Shown one piece after another: positions 26,377 to 39,040 of a stretch of DNA of 63,990 bases (position 1 is its first letter; each line of letters opens with the position of its first letter). This DNA is from Catajapyx aquilonaris (lineage: Eukaryota), in NCBI GenBank assembly GCA_000934665.2, contig KZ538105.1:62001-125990 (forward strand), given 5' to 3'. A program made the translations under genes and the position numbers. The notes beneath the pieces are model-generated. The model made no database searches and was not told where the DNA came from. It was given only the letters and a program-made list of their open reading frames with translations.

Positions 26377-27789
26377 AGGGGGAGACTTTACATGGGATAT
26401 GTTTGAAAACCACGAGCTGAGCTGGTACGCACAATTTTTCCGGGAGATGGTCACCCAACATTGAAAAGGATTGTTTGATTGTGTACAGTATATATACTGT
26501 TTTGTTTATATTTGGATTCCGTATATTTTTATTTCACCGCTTAATTTTTTTAGTTACATTATTTATTTTCATTAAATTTTGCTCAGTTCTTTATGAAATT
26601 GTATTAATAACAAATTTCATTTATGTATGAAATCAGTTTATTCATTTAATTAATCACATTTATTAATGAACTAATTTTGTTAATTTAATTAATCACATTT
26701 ACTATTGAAATAATTTTATTCATTCAATTAATCACATTTATTAATGAAATAATTTGTATTCATTAAAGTTTATTCATATTTTAACTCTTATTAATGCATA
26801 TTTCATGTTTTTAAATTTGTTATGAAATGAAATGAAAATTTAAATATTAAGTTACATTTAAATTGACAAAAATTTTACAAATGTAATTGTTTTACTTCAC
26901 TGCAATACTTTATTCAATATATTTGTTCTTTTAATATTATTTCCATCTCAATTTAACTTGCTTTTAATATATTTCACTGATTACATCAATATCATTATGC
27001 AAAAGTGTAGCTTTTTACATGCACCGACAATGCATGGAGTTTCACATATACACGTGCACACAATCCTGCCTTTGAAGTTTGAACACGGCTACATTACTGC
27101 ACTTGACGATGAGAATTGTATTGTTGACTACCCTTTTTCGCGCGATTAGAGCCCAATTTGGGTTAGCCAGCCGACTTTTCCAAGCCCTCTGCGAATTGCA
27201 AGATGGGGAATTTCTCCCAATACCAACAGAACTCTAGCGAAATACTGTAATCTCTCGAAATAACCCGACCTGCGAAACAAAAGAAGAAACCGGACGGGCT
27301 TCACAAAGGTTGAACTTCAAAGAGGGATTATGAAGCGACTGACTGCTCAACAAAGGCAACTCTGCTGGATCTACTCTTATTCATTCTATATTGCTCCTTT
27401 CTACTTGTATGATCAGCGGAAAAGCAGTGTGTCATAACATGACGAAAAAGAGAAAAAAAGAGTACACCGTGAGTGGTGAAGATTAAAGCTGCAATTGTAA
27501 TATCACGTACTGATTCAACTCACTGTAAAGCAGTCTGCCTGATATCGGATTTCATTGAGAGAAAAGGTTGTTTTTGATACCAGATCCTTCATTATCCGGT
27601 TTAGTCAACAGTATATGCCCAGCTCCAGGCCATTTTCTCCGGAAATTCTGTGCCATCCGGTAAGCCCTCTGAGTCAGGATTATTCCAGCCATTTTCAACC
27701 ATTGTCTCATTCTCATCAATTACTGTCAACATACTTCAGTAATAGTTAACATCATTCATATCTGTTACAGTCAAGTTCAGTTGGACTAT

Positions 27790-27976
27790 CAACATCTTCA
27801 GTTACCTGGACCGTCAACATGCTTCAGTTACCTGGACCGTCAACATGCTTCAGTTACCTGGACCGTCAACATGCTTCAGTTACCTGGACCGTCAACATGC
27901 TTCAGTTACCTGGACCGTCAACATGCTTCAGTTACCTGGACCGCCAACATGCTTCAGTTACCTGGACCGTCAACAT
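27790..27976. repeat. 26-bp minisatellite
   Basis: TTCAGTTACCTGGACCGTCAACATGC, about 7 copies. Confidence 0.95.
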
Positions 27977-28589
27977 TCGTCAGCAATTTCCAACAATTGT
28001 TCACAACTCCTGGATTCGATCATCACAAAATTTCCCGCTTTTCTAACAATAGCGAAAAGCAACAGATGCTTGTTCCAACCAACTGACCTTATCGCAGTTT
28101 AAGTTTGTTGATATAGCACTTTCTTACAACAACTGTAAGTTTTCACCCATCAAATTCCACCCACTTCAACCCATGATATCCCCCCCTTTTCCCTCGACTC
28201 TGATGCCATCTCTGGGGAGCTGCCCCAGGCCCCCCTTCCGATCGGTCGATCCTTTCTGACTCTCTCAAAAACTTCGGAACCTTTCAACTTTGATCATGAA
28301 CCGGGTACATGACAACGAGGCCCTCTCATAAATACCCGCCACTATTTATCAATTTGTCCTCCACGTGTTATTAGCCACTGTCAGAACCCATCACCATCCC
28401 AGTCCACCCACATGTCCACTTCTTTTCAATAGTCCACACTGTTGGAGACGCTTTAATTTGGACCCATCACTCTTACCTAATCGCTCTTCCTAGATATGAG
28501 AAGCTATAAAGTCATATAGTATATAGACACACTTAATTGCCACTATACACAAAAATCCACCAGAATATTTAAACACGATGACTCTTATG

Positions 28590-28645
28590 ATGAGAGCTGT
28601 CCGGTGCCTGATCGTGGGACACTACATTGGTGTCAGAAGTGGGAT
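28590..28645 (+). mobile_element. 3' end of an LTR plus a tRNA-Leu primer-binding site (LTR retrotransposon remnant)
   Basis: ...GGGACACTACA ends at 28626, followed by T and TGGTGTCAGAAGTGGGAT (28628-28645). This is complementary to the 3' end of eukaryotic tRNA-Leu including CCA. The LTR start is not resolved and no gag/pol follows. Confidence 0.7.
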
Positions 28646-31010
28646 GTACGTGCCCTCGTGAGTTATACATACCTGGAGAATATATTTACATTTGAAAGCT
28701 GTCCAGTAACTTAATTCTTCGTGGTGTCCCTTAAACCAAGTCTGGGGCACTACACACTGATATTGAGACTTAGTTTTTGTATAAATTTCGCCAAATTTTT
28801 TGCCAGTGGCGACTCCAAGCGGCGGGGGTCGGTCACGTCCTCAAGTGCCGGAATTTTCTTTCCCCTACACAGAATTGGTAGGGAAGAGAGAAAAAGCTTC
28901 CCCCCACTGAAAAAAACCGTTGCGTGTAGAGAGCTAATCCCAGGAAGCAATAACAGCGAATTGCGAGCCGGGAGGGGGACGGGAAAAGCCCAATAGATTG
29001 CGCTGCGTTCACACCACCCGCCATTTTCTAGCTTTGACCTTTAAGCGGCCGACTCACATTTTTTGACGTTTCGGAAAAAAGCTCCAGATTTTTAACCCTG
29101 GAGTTTTTGTATCAAAGAGCGTGTAGGAAATGCACACTCGTGTCCAGGTTTTTGCCAGGGAACCATCTCATTGAGGCCTAGGCCTGCTGCCTTTTAATAC
29201 GAAATTGTTTACCTGCCTCCGCAGTTCCTCAGAGCCAATGGTTATAATTAGGGTAGTAGATAATGGGAGAGCAGCTTTTGTCGGCAGGTATCGTGACCAG
29301 GATTCCGCATGTTTCTTTCACAAAATGACTCTTTATTAAAAGGATTCCAACGGCGCTGTTTTGTAGATTATCGCCTTGGCGAGCCGATAAGGGAATTTTC
29401 CGGAGGCACGAGCATAATTGCACGGTGTATGCGGGTACGTCATTTTTGCTTTGACAAGAACCCTGAAGGCAGAGCAAAGAGGGGTTTGAGTGGGCGCTAT
29501 TCATCCTGTTTTGGCAGTCGCATGTCGCCTGATGCACAGGGTTGATCACAAGAGACGTTCGATTTAAGACCAGGTGCATTTTGGATTTTTTGACATTCAA
29601 AAATTTGGTTTAAAACATGTTTCGCAACATGCTGAGCCTATCTGTAGTATAAATTTTGAACACAATATTTGCTCGTTCTAATGTACCGGTACCGGTATAC
29701 GAAAAGTAGGGGTTTAAAATATGACCAGCAAAAAATGTGTTTTAAACACGTTTCGTGACATTTAGAATCGATATAGAGTATAACTTTTGTACCCTATTTT
29801 TGTACTATTGTCTGTGACCCGAGCCCCCCTACAGTCAGGTTCACACCCTGACCATCGTTCTGTTCCACCCTGTCGTAGATAAAAATCTGTCGTGCACCCA
29901 GGACAGGTCGTGTTTCGCATGTCTTTCAATTACAACTCACGGAATAGCATTTGCGTGTTAAATCGACCTAACTCCGCCCGATATTGAGAAAAAAATTGGT
30001 CAGCATATGTTAACCGATATTCTACGGACCCTTGCCTAAAACCATGTAGATTAACACCTCACTGGAACCGGGTGATAAAACAGACGCAACACGGAAATCA
30101 AGGGGTCATAACCAGCGCTTACTTCGACACTGCCATATATATCCAAAGGCAGTGTAATAGACCCATTTGGTTTTACCACGAACTACTTCTTTGGCTTATC
30201 CGATAAAACTAACCCCATCCATATATTTTTACAGGAGGGGTGCGTGAAGATTGACCGTCAAAAAATCTCACGGAGCTTATCCAGCTCTATTTACGTCTAC
30301 ATTCGAGCCCCCCTGTTTTATTATTCGATCTAGACATTTATGTAGATTATAATTTATGCTTCCTGAATGTATGTAAGGAGATACCTCTCTTTTACCAGCG
30401 ATTTTTTTTGGGGGGGGGGGGTGAGGGAAGCTCTTGCATAGATGATTTACGACGCGTGTTATTGTGGCCGGTTTAGTGCAAAATGTGTCAGAAATGCAGG
30501 TATTATGAGGGGACTACCTGCTCGTAAATGTCCTCGAGCATTAGATTTTGTAATTTTCATTGTCAGAAGGTCATCTAGATGGGCTTGGAACTGGTTTTAG
30601 GCCCTCGGGGATCCAGAATGACAAGCGGTGGGCTTGAAATATTTTTAAGGGGGCGGTATTAAAACTGGCTTTTAGCAGGCGGAACGTGAGCCATTTTTTG
30701 GGGCCGATTTAGTGGGATTAGCGACAACTTTGCTGTGTCCTATACTAGATGGCAGCACCCGGTTGACTCCTCCTTGTCCCCTGGTCCGTTGTCAAATATT
30801 TTAACCGGTATATAAAAATATATTTGTAAGTAAAATTGGCGTGTAAAATAATCCAAATAGGTATACGGTATGTAAAATAATAGTTAAAATTGCAAAATAA
30901 CGGTTGAAGTGGGCAAAATAATAGCTAAACATTTGGTAAAATAATATTCTGGATGAGTAAAATAATATTTAAAATGCTGAAAATAATTAAAATATGCAAC
31001 ATAATATTAA

Positions 31011-31185
31011 CGGCCCATTCACACAGGCCGTCGACGGTTTTGGTTTTTGGTCTCGTCGACGACGCGGACCAATCAGAACGGGCCCTCACGTAAACAACGC
31101 GTCATGGTTACCGTGAGGGCCCGCTCTGATTGGTCCAAAACCAAAACCAAAACCAAAACCGTCGACGGCCTGTGTGAATGGGCCT
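31011..31185. mobile_element. PIF/Harbinger-type (Tourist-like) MITE
   Basis: TIR GGCCCATTCACACAGGCCGTCGACGGTTTTGGTTTT and its reverse complement. Internal inverted repeat GGACCAATCAGA.CGGGCCCTCACG. TAA TSD at 31008-31010 and 31186-31188. Confidence 0.9.
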
Positions 31186-31203
31186 TAATATGTATAAAAT
31201 AAT

Positions 31204-31465
31204 TTATTCTATTTCATACCCCGTGCTTTGGCTCCCTTAGGGGGGTGGATTACCGCCATTGGATGGGACCAGGGATAGGGAAGGAAGCGGCTGTGGCCTA
31301 TTTTTACCGAAACGACCCCGGAATTGTCCTGAGGGGAGGGAGGGGGGGCATGGAAAACCACAGAAAACCATGGTCAGGGTCGCCGACCCCGGGATTCGAA
31401 CCCAGGACCTCCCCATTAGCAGGCGGGTTCCTTATTCCCTACAGCCTACACCAACCTGCTTCGGT
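31204..31465 (-). mobile_element. tRNA-derived SINE family B, full length
   Basis: B box GGGTTCGAATCC on the minus strand. Highly similar to 45666-45947. 15-bp TSD TATGTATAAAATAAT at 31189-31203 and 31467-31481. Confidence 0.92.
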
Positions 31466-32590
31466 GTATGTATAAAATAATATAATAGGCTACATAACTA
31501 AAATAACATACAAGTGTAAAATGCTAATTTGAGCTAAAAATAACTCGCTTTGAGCAAGGGCAGAACAATTCAAATGACTCGAAATTTCTTCCAGTATCCT
31601 ATACGAAAAAGGGGCAGAAACTAGACACGATAGACCCTGTGACCGCGACCATTCCGCCGAATGATGAATATTCCGCATTCGCATGAGCGACCTTACGAAT
31701 CGTATGTTTCATACCTATAACGAACCGCGGGGCCTATTCGGACAGCAGGAAACATACCTGCTAAATTTTAAATTATCCCCGCATAGATTAGCCATCAACG
31801 TATACAAGTGTTTTGGCGTGTCACATGTTATGCACCTCTGGTGTCAAGGCTATGATAAGATAAAACGCGTGTTTTATGAGTGTAAAAACAGAGGAAAAAG
31901 AGCACGGAACCGGGGTAGAACAGTGTCGACTCGACACGAACAACCCCCCTCAGGCTCTGAAAAATATTCCATGACGAAATGTCCACAAAAGTATGCAAAC
32001 ATCTGAAGGTTACTGAACTCAGTTGACAGCAACATGTGACATAAAAAATGTGCATAAGAGGAAGTAGGCGGTATAAGGAAGATGTCTTCCCTTGTTCAGG
32101 TTCCTGTCCATACCGCTGTTAGCACTTGAGGTGGCCGTTTTACGAGGGACCTGGATTGCTTTATAGCTGAGCAATAAGGAGCCGGGGCAAAACCGCTGAT
32201 GAGGACCGGTGGAAACACCTTCTGCTCAGGCCGGAATGCAATGAGTGACCCCCACGCCTCCAGGTTCCAGACTGGTCCTAAACTTGAGCCAAAAGGCAAT
32301 TTCCTGGATCGTCTTAACAAATTTGAGCCCTAAGTTTTGATTACGTCGGATATCAATTTTGGAAGCAAGTTATAATCAGGTGTGTGTACACTTCTATAAG
32401 CAAATTTATACGTGAAATGGGGCAAATATTACTGAACAAATTGGTAAAAATTAGTGAGATTGTGCCAGATGGGGTGAGATTGTGCTAGCGCATTTTTTGG
32501 GACAACAGTGCGCCCTACCATTAATTTTACTCAACATTGCATAAATTCGCCTGCGGCCAGTAGGGCGCACTGTGGTTCAAAATTGCGCTG

Positions 32591-33113
32591 TCTCACCCCA
32601 TCTGGCACAGTCTCACCCCATCTGGCACAGTCTCACCCCATCTGGCACAGTCTCACCCCATCTGGCACAGTCTCACCCAATCTGGCACAGTCTCACCGCA
32701 TCGGGCACAGCCTCAACGCATCGGGCACAGCCTCAACGCATCGGGCACAGCCTCAACGCATCGGGCACAGCCTCAACGCATCGGGCACAGCCTCAACGCA
32801 TCGGGCACAGCCTCAACGCATCGGGCACAGCCTCACCCCATCGCAAGGGGGTAATCACTTCGGTACTCCGGTGTACACCTGCGAGTGGTACTCCCTGGTA
32901 CTCCTCAGGTACCTCACTCTTTATTACTCCGTGGTACTCCTTGAATTTGGTACTCCAGTGTACACTTTTCAGTCGAGTGATTACCCCCTTGCCCCATCAG
33001 GCACAGCCTCACCACATCGGGCACAGCCTCACCACATCGGGCACAGCCTCAACGCATCGGGCACAGCCTCAAAGCATCGGGCACAGCCTCACCCCATCTG
33101 GCACAATCTCACC
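32591..33113. repeat. 20-bp minisatellite with two unit variants, interrupted by a MITE
   Basis: TCTCACCCCATCTGGCACAG grades into CCTCAACGCATCGGGCACAG. Inverted units lie at 32455-32486. Confidence 0.95.
32844..32991. mobile_element. hAT-like MITE family 1, intact copy
   Basis: TIR CAAGGGGGTAATCACT / AGTGATTACCCCCTTG. 8-bp TSD CCCCATCG (32836-32843) / CCCCATCA (32992-32999). Confidence 0.88.
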
Positions 33114-35675
33114 ACATTTGACGGTATATTTATGTAAAAATAATTGTCAAATTTTTAGTAATCATTAGAAATTGGCTAATTACTCCCGTATGTTCAAATT
33201 AGTCTGCAAGGCAAACACATATATGTTATACATATATTGGACCCACATGCTGTTCGTGGCCAACCCGATTAGTATCTAAGAGCACCTATTTTTATTAGCA
33301 TGCCTACTCCAATCGCAAATGGCCGCAAGCCTTTTATAGTGAGGGAGCTAGAAATTAATACGACACGTGGTTCACCCCCTATGGTCGCGTGCAGACCAAC
33401 AAAATGGTCCCAGAGGTATGAAAAGAACTGCTCACTTTGTGGTTCAGGGTGACTCATTTTCCATCGTTTGCTTTAACCCACCCTACCCGCCATGACATTA
33501 GCTATTAAAAATATCGCCACTTGCATGAAACCAGGAAGTTGGGGTTACATTTGGCCAAATATACCTAAGGGGTAAGAAATGACGATTATAGACTGTTGGA
33601 AATAGGAAACTTGATCGTTAATCTTTGCAACCCAGCCTTTTCATCTGGGTGCCTTATTGGCTCGTTACCACCGACTCAGATTTCTGAAAGGCCTTGGCCC
33701 GATAGACATCGTTGGCCTTCGAGATCTTAGGGGTGTTTTACAACGCAATCCTTCAAACCGGTAGTCTCACAACACCCATACCCTCAGTTGGAAGAAAATC
33801 GATGCCAATGTCTCAATTTTCTTGCCCGCAGAATATTACGACAACCGGCACGAAATAGCAGTTATGCTATTTTAAGGCGGGGAAAATTGCAAATTTATGA
33901 CCTGGGTGCTGGAGAAGTGCGGGGTGGTTATGTTCCGATGGAAGTATGGAAATTGGCAGAATCACGCGGATATTTCCTGTTTGGGGGGGGGGGGGGGGAG
34001 AAAATTNAATTAGGTATTTCCAGGATTGGTGGAAATTCAGGGATGTTGACGGTAGATGACAGGAGAGCTACTGTCATACCTTCTATTATTTTATTATTGT
34101 GTTAAATTTCATTCCGTCACTTCTAACTCGCCAAATTCAATCCGAATGCATGAACAAAATTCGAAAAATTATATTATGTGAAAAATTGCACATGTTGCCA
34201 TCTGTTGGCAACTCGCATGAATTTACGCAATTCCTGGAAATACCTCATTTTCCCTCAATTTATACCGAATTTTTATTTCAAATTTAAAATGTAATATTTC
34301 AAGTAGGCCTAGCCTACTGTCTGTACAGTATTCCCTACAACTTCGACGGAATAACTAATGGCAAATAATAATTAACTCATGAAAAGTGAGCAACTTCTCA
34401 GAAACGCAAAATTCACGTGAAGCTCTCATGAAATATGGATCAAAAAAAAAGATTATCCACTAGCTAGAGCAGCATAGTGCATACCTACACTTATAATCCG
34501 CCCTGAATTATGCGATTGGCTGCTATATCAGATGCCATATACGAGGCCTATCGGGAAAATACTGTAAGTTACACACGCCAGTAAAGTTCAGCATGGTTCG
34601 CGAATAATTATATAAATACTTAATAAGACCGCAGCAGGTAGACTCTACATTGCAGGGAATATAAACACTCTACCTAACTTGCTAGACTGATCAGTGGAAA
34701 TACTATAATACGATTTTTGTGATTGTTGAATATTATTCAACAATAAAAAATGAGCCAAAATATGAAATACAGTGATATTTTTCTTGCACAATATGCAATG
34801 AAGTAACTTTTCAATAGTTGTTTTTCTACAAGGTGGGTTACCACTCCTGGCCAAAAAAGTGGGCGAACCTGAATGCAATGTAAATGTGCATACGTGATAT
34901 TTTTTGGGGGGTATTATTATTCCAGGCAAAAATGGCCGTCAGGTCAGTTGGAAGCTGCAACGTCGGCAGCGAAGACCCCTCGCTGAGACCTCCCAGATCA
35001 GCTCGTGGGCCAGCCGACTTATCAGACAGACAGGCATGAAGAGTAACACGATTTACCCTTTCCTCCAACAATCTCCTCGCCAACCTGCCCATACAAGGTC
35101 GAGGCCAAATCAAGCCCACCACACCAAACCAGAAGAAAATAAACAACAACAAAAAAATCTCGTGGAAATATTTTCTACAAACTTTTATAGCATGTGCAAT
35201 GTTTCTGAGAGAACCTGTAGGGGTATTCAAATTAATATTGAATGAACCAAAATATGACTCGTGCATTGAAATCTCCGTTATGAACAATGCTCATCCAATT
35301 CGAAATCTTGGCAAATCATACCAGTTGGCAACGGCTTGTAAATGACTTTGGCTTGTCCAAATGGCGAAAGACACCCTGAGGGTTTTTTTTTTGAGAAGCC
35401 TAAGTTGGCGTGGAGAATAAGAAAAACGTTTTTCAATCAGATTCTGGCTTGGGCCCCTCCTCTGGTGTGCGATGACGGAACAAGTCGGTTCAACCGTTCA
35501 CTCCGCTTCCTTGAACTCCGGTGCCTGTCAACTGATAACCGTGAATAATAGAGGATTTAATTTTCTTCATAGCCTGTGGACATGCTCTTCTTTTGCGCTT
35601 GGCGCCAGATGCTGACACTGATTTGCGCATTTACAATGCCCTGAATTTTTACATTGCTTATACTAGGCCATATAC

Positions 35676-36288
35676 TTTTGTATATTCACTCTTCGTATCA
35701 TATATTTTGTATATTCACTCTTCATATTCACTCTTCATAATTATATTTTGTATATTCACTCTTCATAATTATATTTTGTATATTCACTCTTCATATTCAC
35801 TCTTCATAATTATATTTTGTATATTAACTCTTCATATTCACTCTTCATAATTATATTTTGTATATTCACTCTTCATATTCACTCTTCATAATTTGTATAT
35901 TCACTCTTCATATTCACTCTTCATAATTTGTATATTCACTCTTCATATTCACTCTTCATAATTTGTATATTCACTCTTCATATTCACTCTTCATAATTTG
36001 TATATTCACTCTTCATATTCACTCTTCATAATTTGTATATTCACTCGTCATATTCACTCTTCATAATTTGTATATTCACTCTTCATATTCACTCTTCATA
36101 ATTTGTATATTCACTCTTCATATTCACTCTTCATAATTTGTATATTCACTCTTCATAATTTGTATATTCACTCTTCATATTCACTCTTCATAATTTGTAT
36201 ATTCACTCTTCATAATTTGTATATTCACTCTTCATATTCACTCTTCATAATTATATTTTGTATATTCACTCTATATTTTGTATATTCA
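35676..36288. repeat. AT-rich minisatellite (13-bp subunit, ~35-40-bp higher-order unit)
   Basis: TATTCACTCTTCA is iterated with TAATTTGTA or TAATTATATTTTGTA spacers. Confidence 0.95.
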
Positions 36289-38785
36289 CAGTAGTGTCCT
36301 CTGCAGTCGTGTCTATACTGTCACGTACATCACACCCCACAAAATAGGATGTCCACTTGAACTGGACTCCATATCTACACCCACTTACTTCCAACTGTTT
36401 GATCAACACTCTCAACCTGTTGTCTCGATTATTTCCGATTGATATCGAGGAAAAAGGTTTTTTTCCGTCCCTTTGTGTGTGCTCTCACGTTATGATGCTA
36501 CTCAAGTGTCGGCGTGTTGGAGCACCGGCAAGGGAAAAAGGAAAAAATGCCGCCTAGGTATATATAGATATATATAAGGTGCACTACCCCAGGTGGAAAC
36601 ACCCCCNNNNNNNNNNCCCCCCCCCCCCCCCCCCGTGTAAAAGCGGCAGCCTCCCACCCACCGTCGGTTCGTTCCCCGGTTGCCATGACGAGGAAGCACA
36701 AACATCCTGTTATGCGAGAGTCCCTTGATCAGATTCAGCTCCTAAGCTCTTTTACCGAGTCCGGAGCTGCAGAAAAACAGGAGAGGAACAGCCAGGGACT
36801 GCGATTTTGCACAATACAAAGGGCCATCTGACACGAAATCATCCTTAGGAAATGATCCGTGTAAAGGTGTACCGCCATGTTTTTCATTTCAGAGATGGGA
36901 ACATTTCCATGTTTGTTTATACATTGCCATTTTCGGACACCGGTCTTACAACATGGATTGAAGACAATCAGTTTTTTTACAACAATAAAAAGCATAACTC
37001 CCTAGTGGAGTCTCTTCTCTGGAGACTCAATCAAAGCTTGCAATCGTGGTGCAGTGGGAGGTCGTCAGGGCCCCTTTCGATCTCAAATTGACTTTCTCTA
37101 GGGGAAACTTACAATATCCCAACCCCCCCTTAGCTTCCAGATAATTTTTTTTTCTACTTTCTTCCCTCAGGATCTCTGAAGTCATCTTGTATTCCAATCA
37201 CCCAATGCACGTGCGTTGGATTAATTCTTTAAAAATACCAATGGTGCGGTAAATGTACTTCAAAAAAGGGAAGTATATAAGTAACTACAAGTGGCTTCAT
37301 CCGTAATTTCCGGGGGGGTTGGTAATGATTTCTAAAAAAAAAAAAACCTGTAATGAGATGCGTTCTAATCTCCTTTCGTTTGTGCACAAAGACGATTACT
37401 TTAGTTCCAAGTATAGAGCTTTTCCTTCATCTCCGCCCTTTAGAGTTTACAGAATAGGCATATACAGGCACGATCGATCAGGATGCAACTGGCAGATAGA
37501 AGATTTTTTTTTTTGAAAAAAACGGGCATGTGATTTCCAACCTTACAATAATATTGTTGTAAATTTTTGCGCTTGTTTCACTTTGATTACAGAATACGCG
37601 GCTCGATCCAGATACAAATATTATGCCAATAACACATTGCAATTTCAACAAACGCAGTTGCATTTTTTTGGCAAAATCAGAACGTAGCAAACATTTCCCA
37701 TTTTGCAAAATATGCTAGCAAATTTAATTTTGCAATATGTGCAGTACATTACTACCATAGCTTCATTAGTATAAACTTGTTACAAAAATACTCTACAGAT
37801 TGTATAGCACTTTCTGCAAGTATATAAACAAATCGCCAAATTTACATATCAAAACCCTGATTATTTTTGCAAAAAACTAGTGCACATGCTTGACTCCCAT
37901 GTCTCAGCATCTCATCTCCCTTGGCAACCGACAGACTAGTCACAAAAGGCTATGGAAATTCTTGTCACTTCCAACGCCTCGCGCTTCCCATATATACATT
38001 TTTTTTCTCTCTCTCTCTCTCACTTTCCTCTCCCAAGAAAAACTTCCACCAACTCGAAAATTATACTTTAAAATGCAAATCAGGCAAATCATGCATGCCT
38101 TTTGGCTGTGACACGAAACATTTTCTCCCTGTCTGTTTGGCTCCACATCATCTTTGTAGGTGGTCCGAAGGGTGCCTTAGGGTGATGGGAAAATAGTCTT
38201 CCTGTCTTACCTCGCCCCGCGCAGTTTTTTTTTCTTCAAAATATTAGTTCTGCAGCGTCATTGGCACCAGGATTAGTTTCCCTCATTAAACTGCGTAATT
38301 AGGAGCCTATTAATTATTTTCCGTCGCATCCACCGAGTGGCAAAGATCTGGTAGGAAATGAATTAAGCCTAAGGCGGTGGATAGAGTTAAAGGTGTAGGT
38401 CCCTTCTTCTCCTTAGCCGAAAAAGAGCGTTTCCGTGCGTGACCAAATCCTCACCTGCCCTGTTCAAAATGGGGGCATCATTTGGTCACTTTTGTGCCGC
38501 AATCTATTAGCTCTAATTGGTTCGTTACGTAGCTCGTTGTAAATCTATTTAATTATATGGACAGCCCCCCCTCCCTATTAAACAAGGAAAACCAGGCTGA
38601 TATTAATGCGTAGGAGAGTTCATTACGTGCGTAACTGTGGCATTGTGAAGGGCCAATAAAATTGGAATAGTGACATGATTAAGATAGATGCTGTTTTAGC
38701 AGGCCGGTGTTTCCAAAAGGCGTATCATAGAGTATGGTTCGTAGAAAAATGCAGGAAGTGCATAATATTAATCGCAATTGCGCTT

Positions 38786-39040
38786 AAAATTATTCATATC
38801 TGTGCATAATATTCTGGAGGTGCATAAAATTTATTCACATCTGTGCATAATATTCTTGAGGCGCATAAAATTTATTCCCATCTGTGCATAATATTCTGAA
38901 GGTACATAAAATTTATTCACATCTGTGCATAATATTCTTGAGGTGCATAAATTTATTCACATCTGTGCATTATATTCTGGAGGTGCATATAATTATTCAC
39001 AACGGTGTATAGAACTCTGAAGGTGCGTAAAATTATTAAC
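38786..39040. repeat. 41-bp minisatellite
   Basis: TTATTCACATCTGTGCATAATATTCTGGAGGTGCATAAAAT, about 5-6 copies. Confidence 0.9.

Noticed and set aside
27781..28102. Repetitive ORFs / CRISPR-like periodicity
   Set aside because: Head-to-tail 26-bp units with no unique spacers. No array in this window has repeat-spacer structure, and there are no cas genes.
32508..33168. 209-aa and 198-aa ORFs
   Set aside because: Stop-free read-through of the 20-bp minisatellite and MITE, open in more than one frame.
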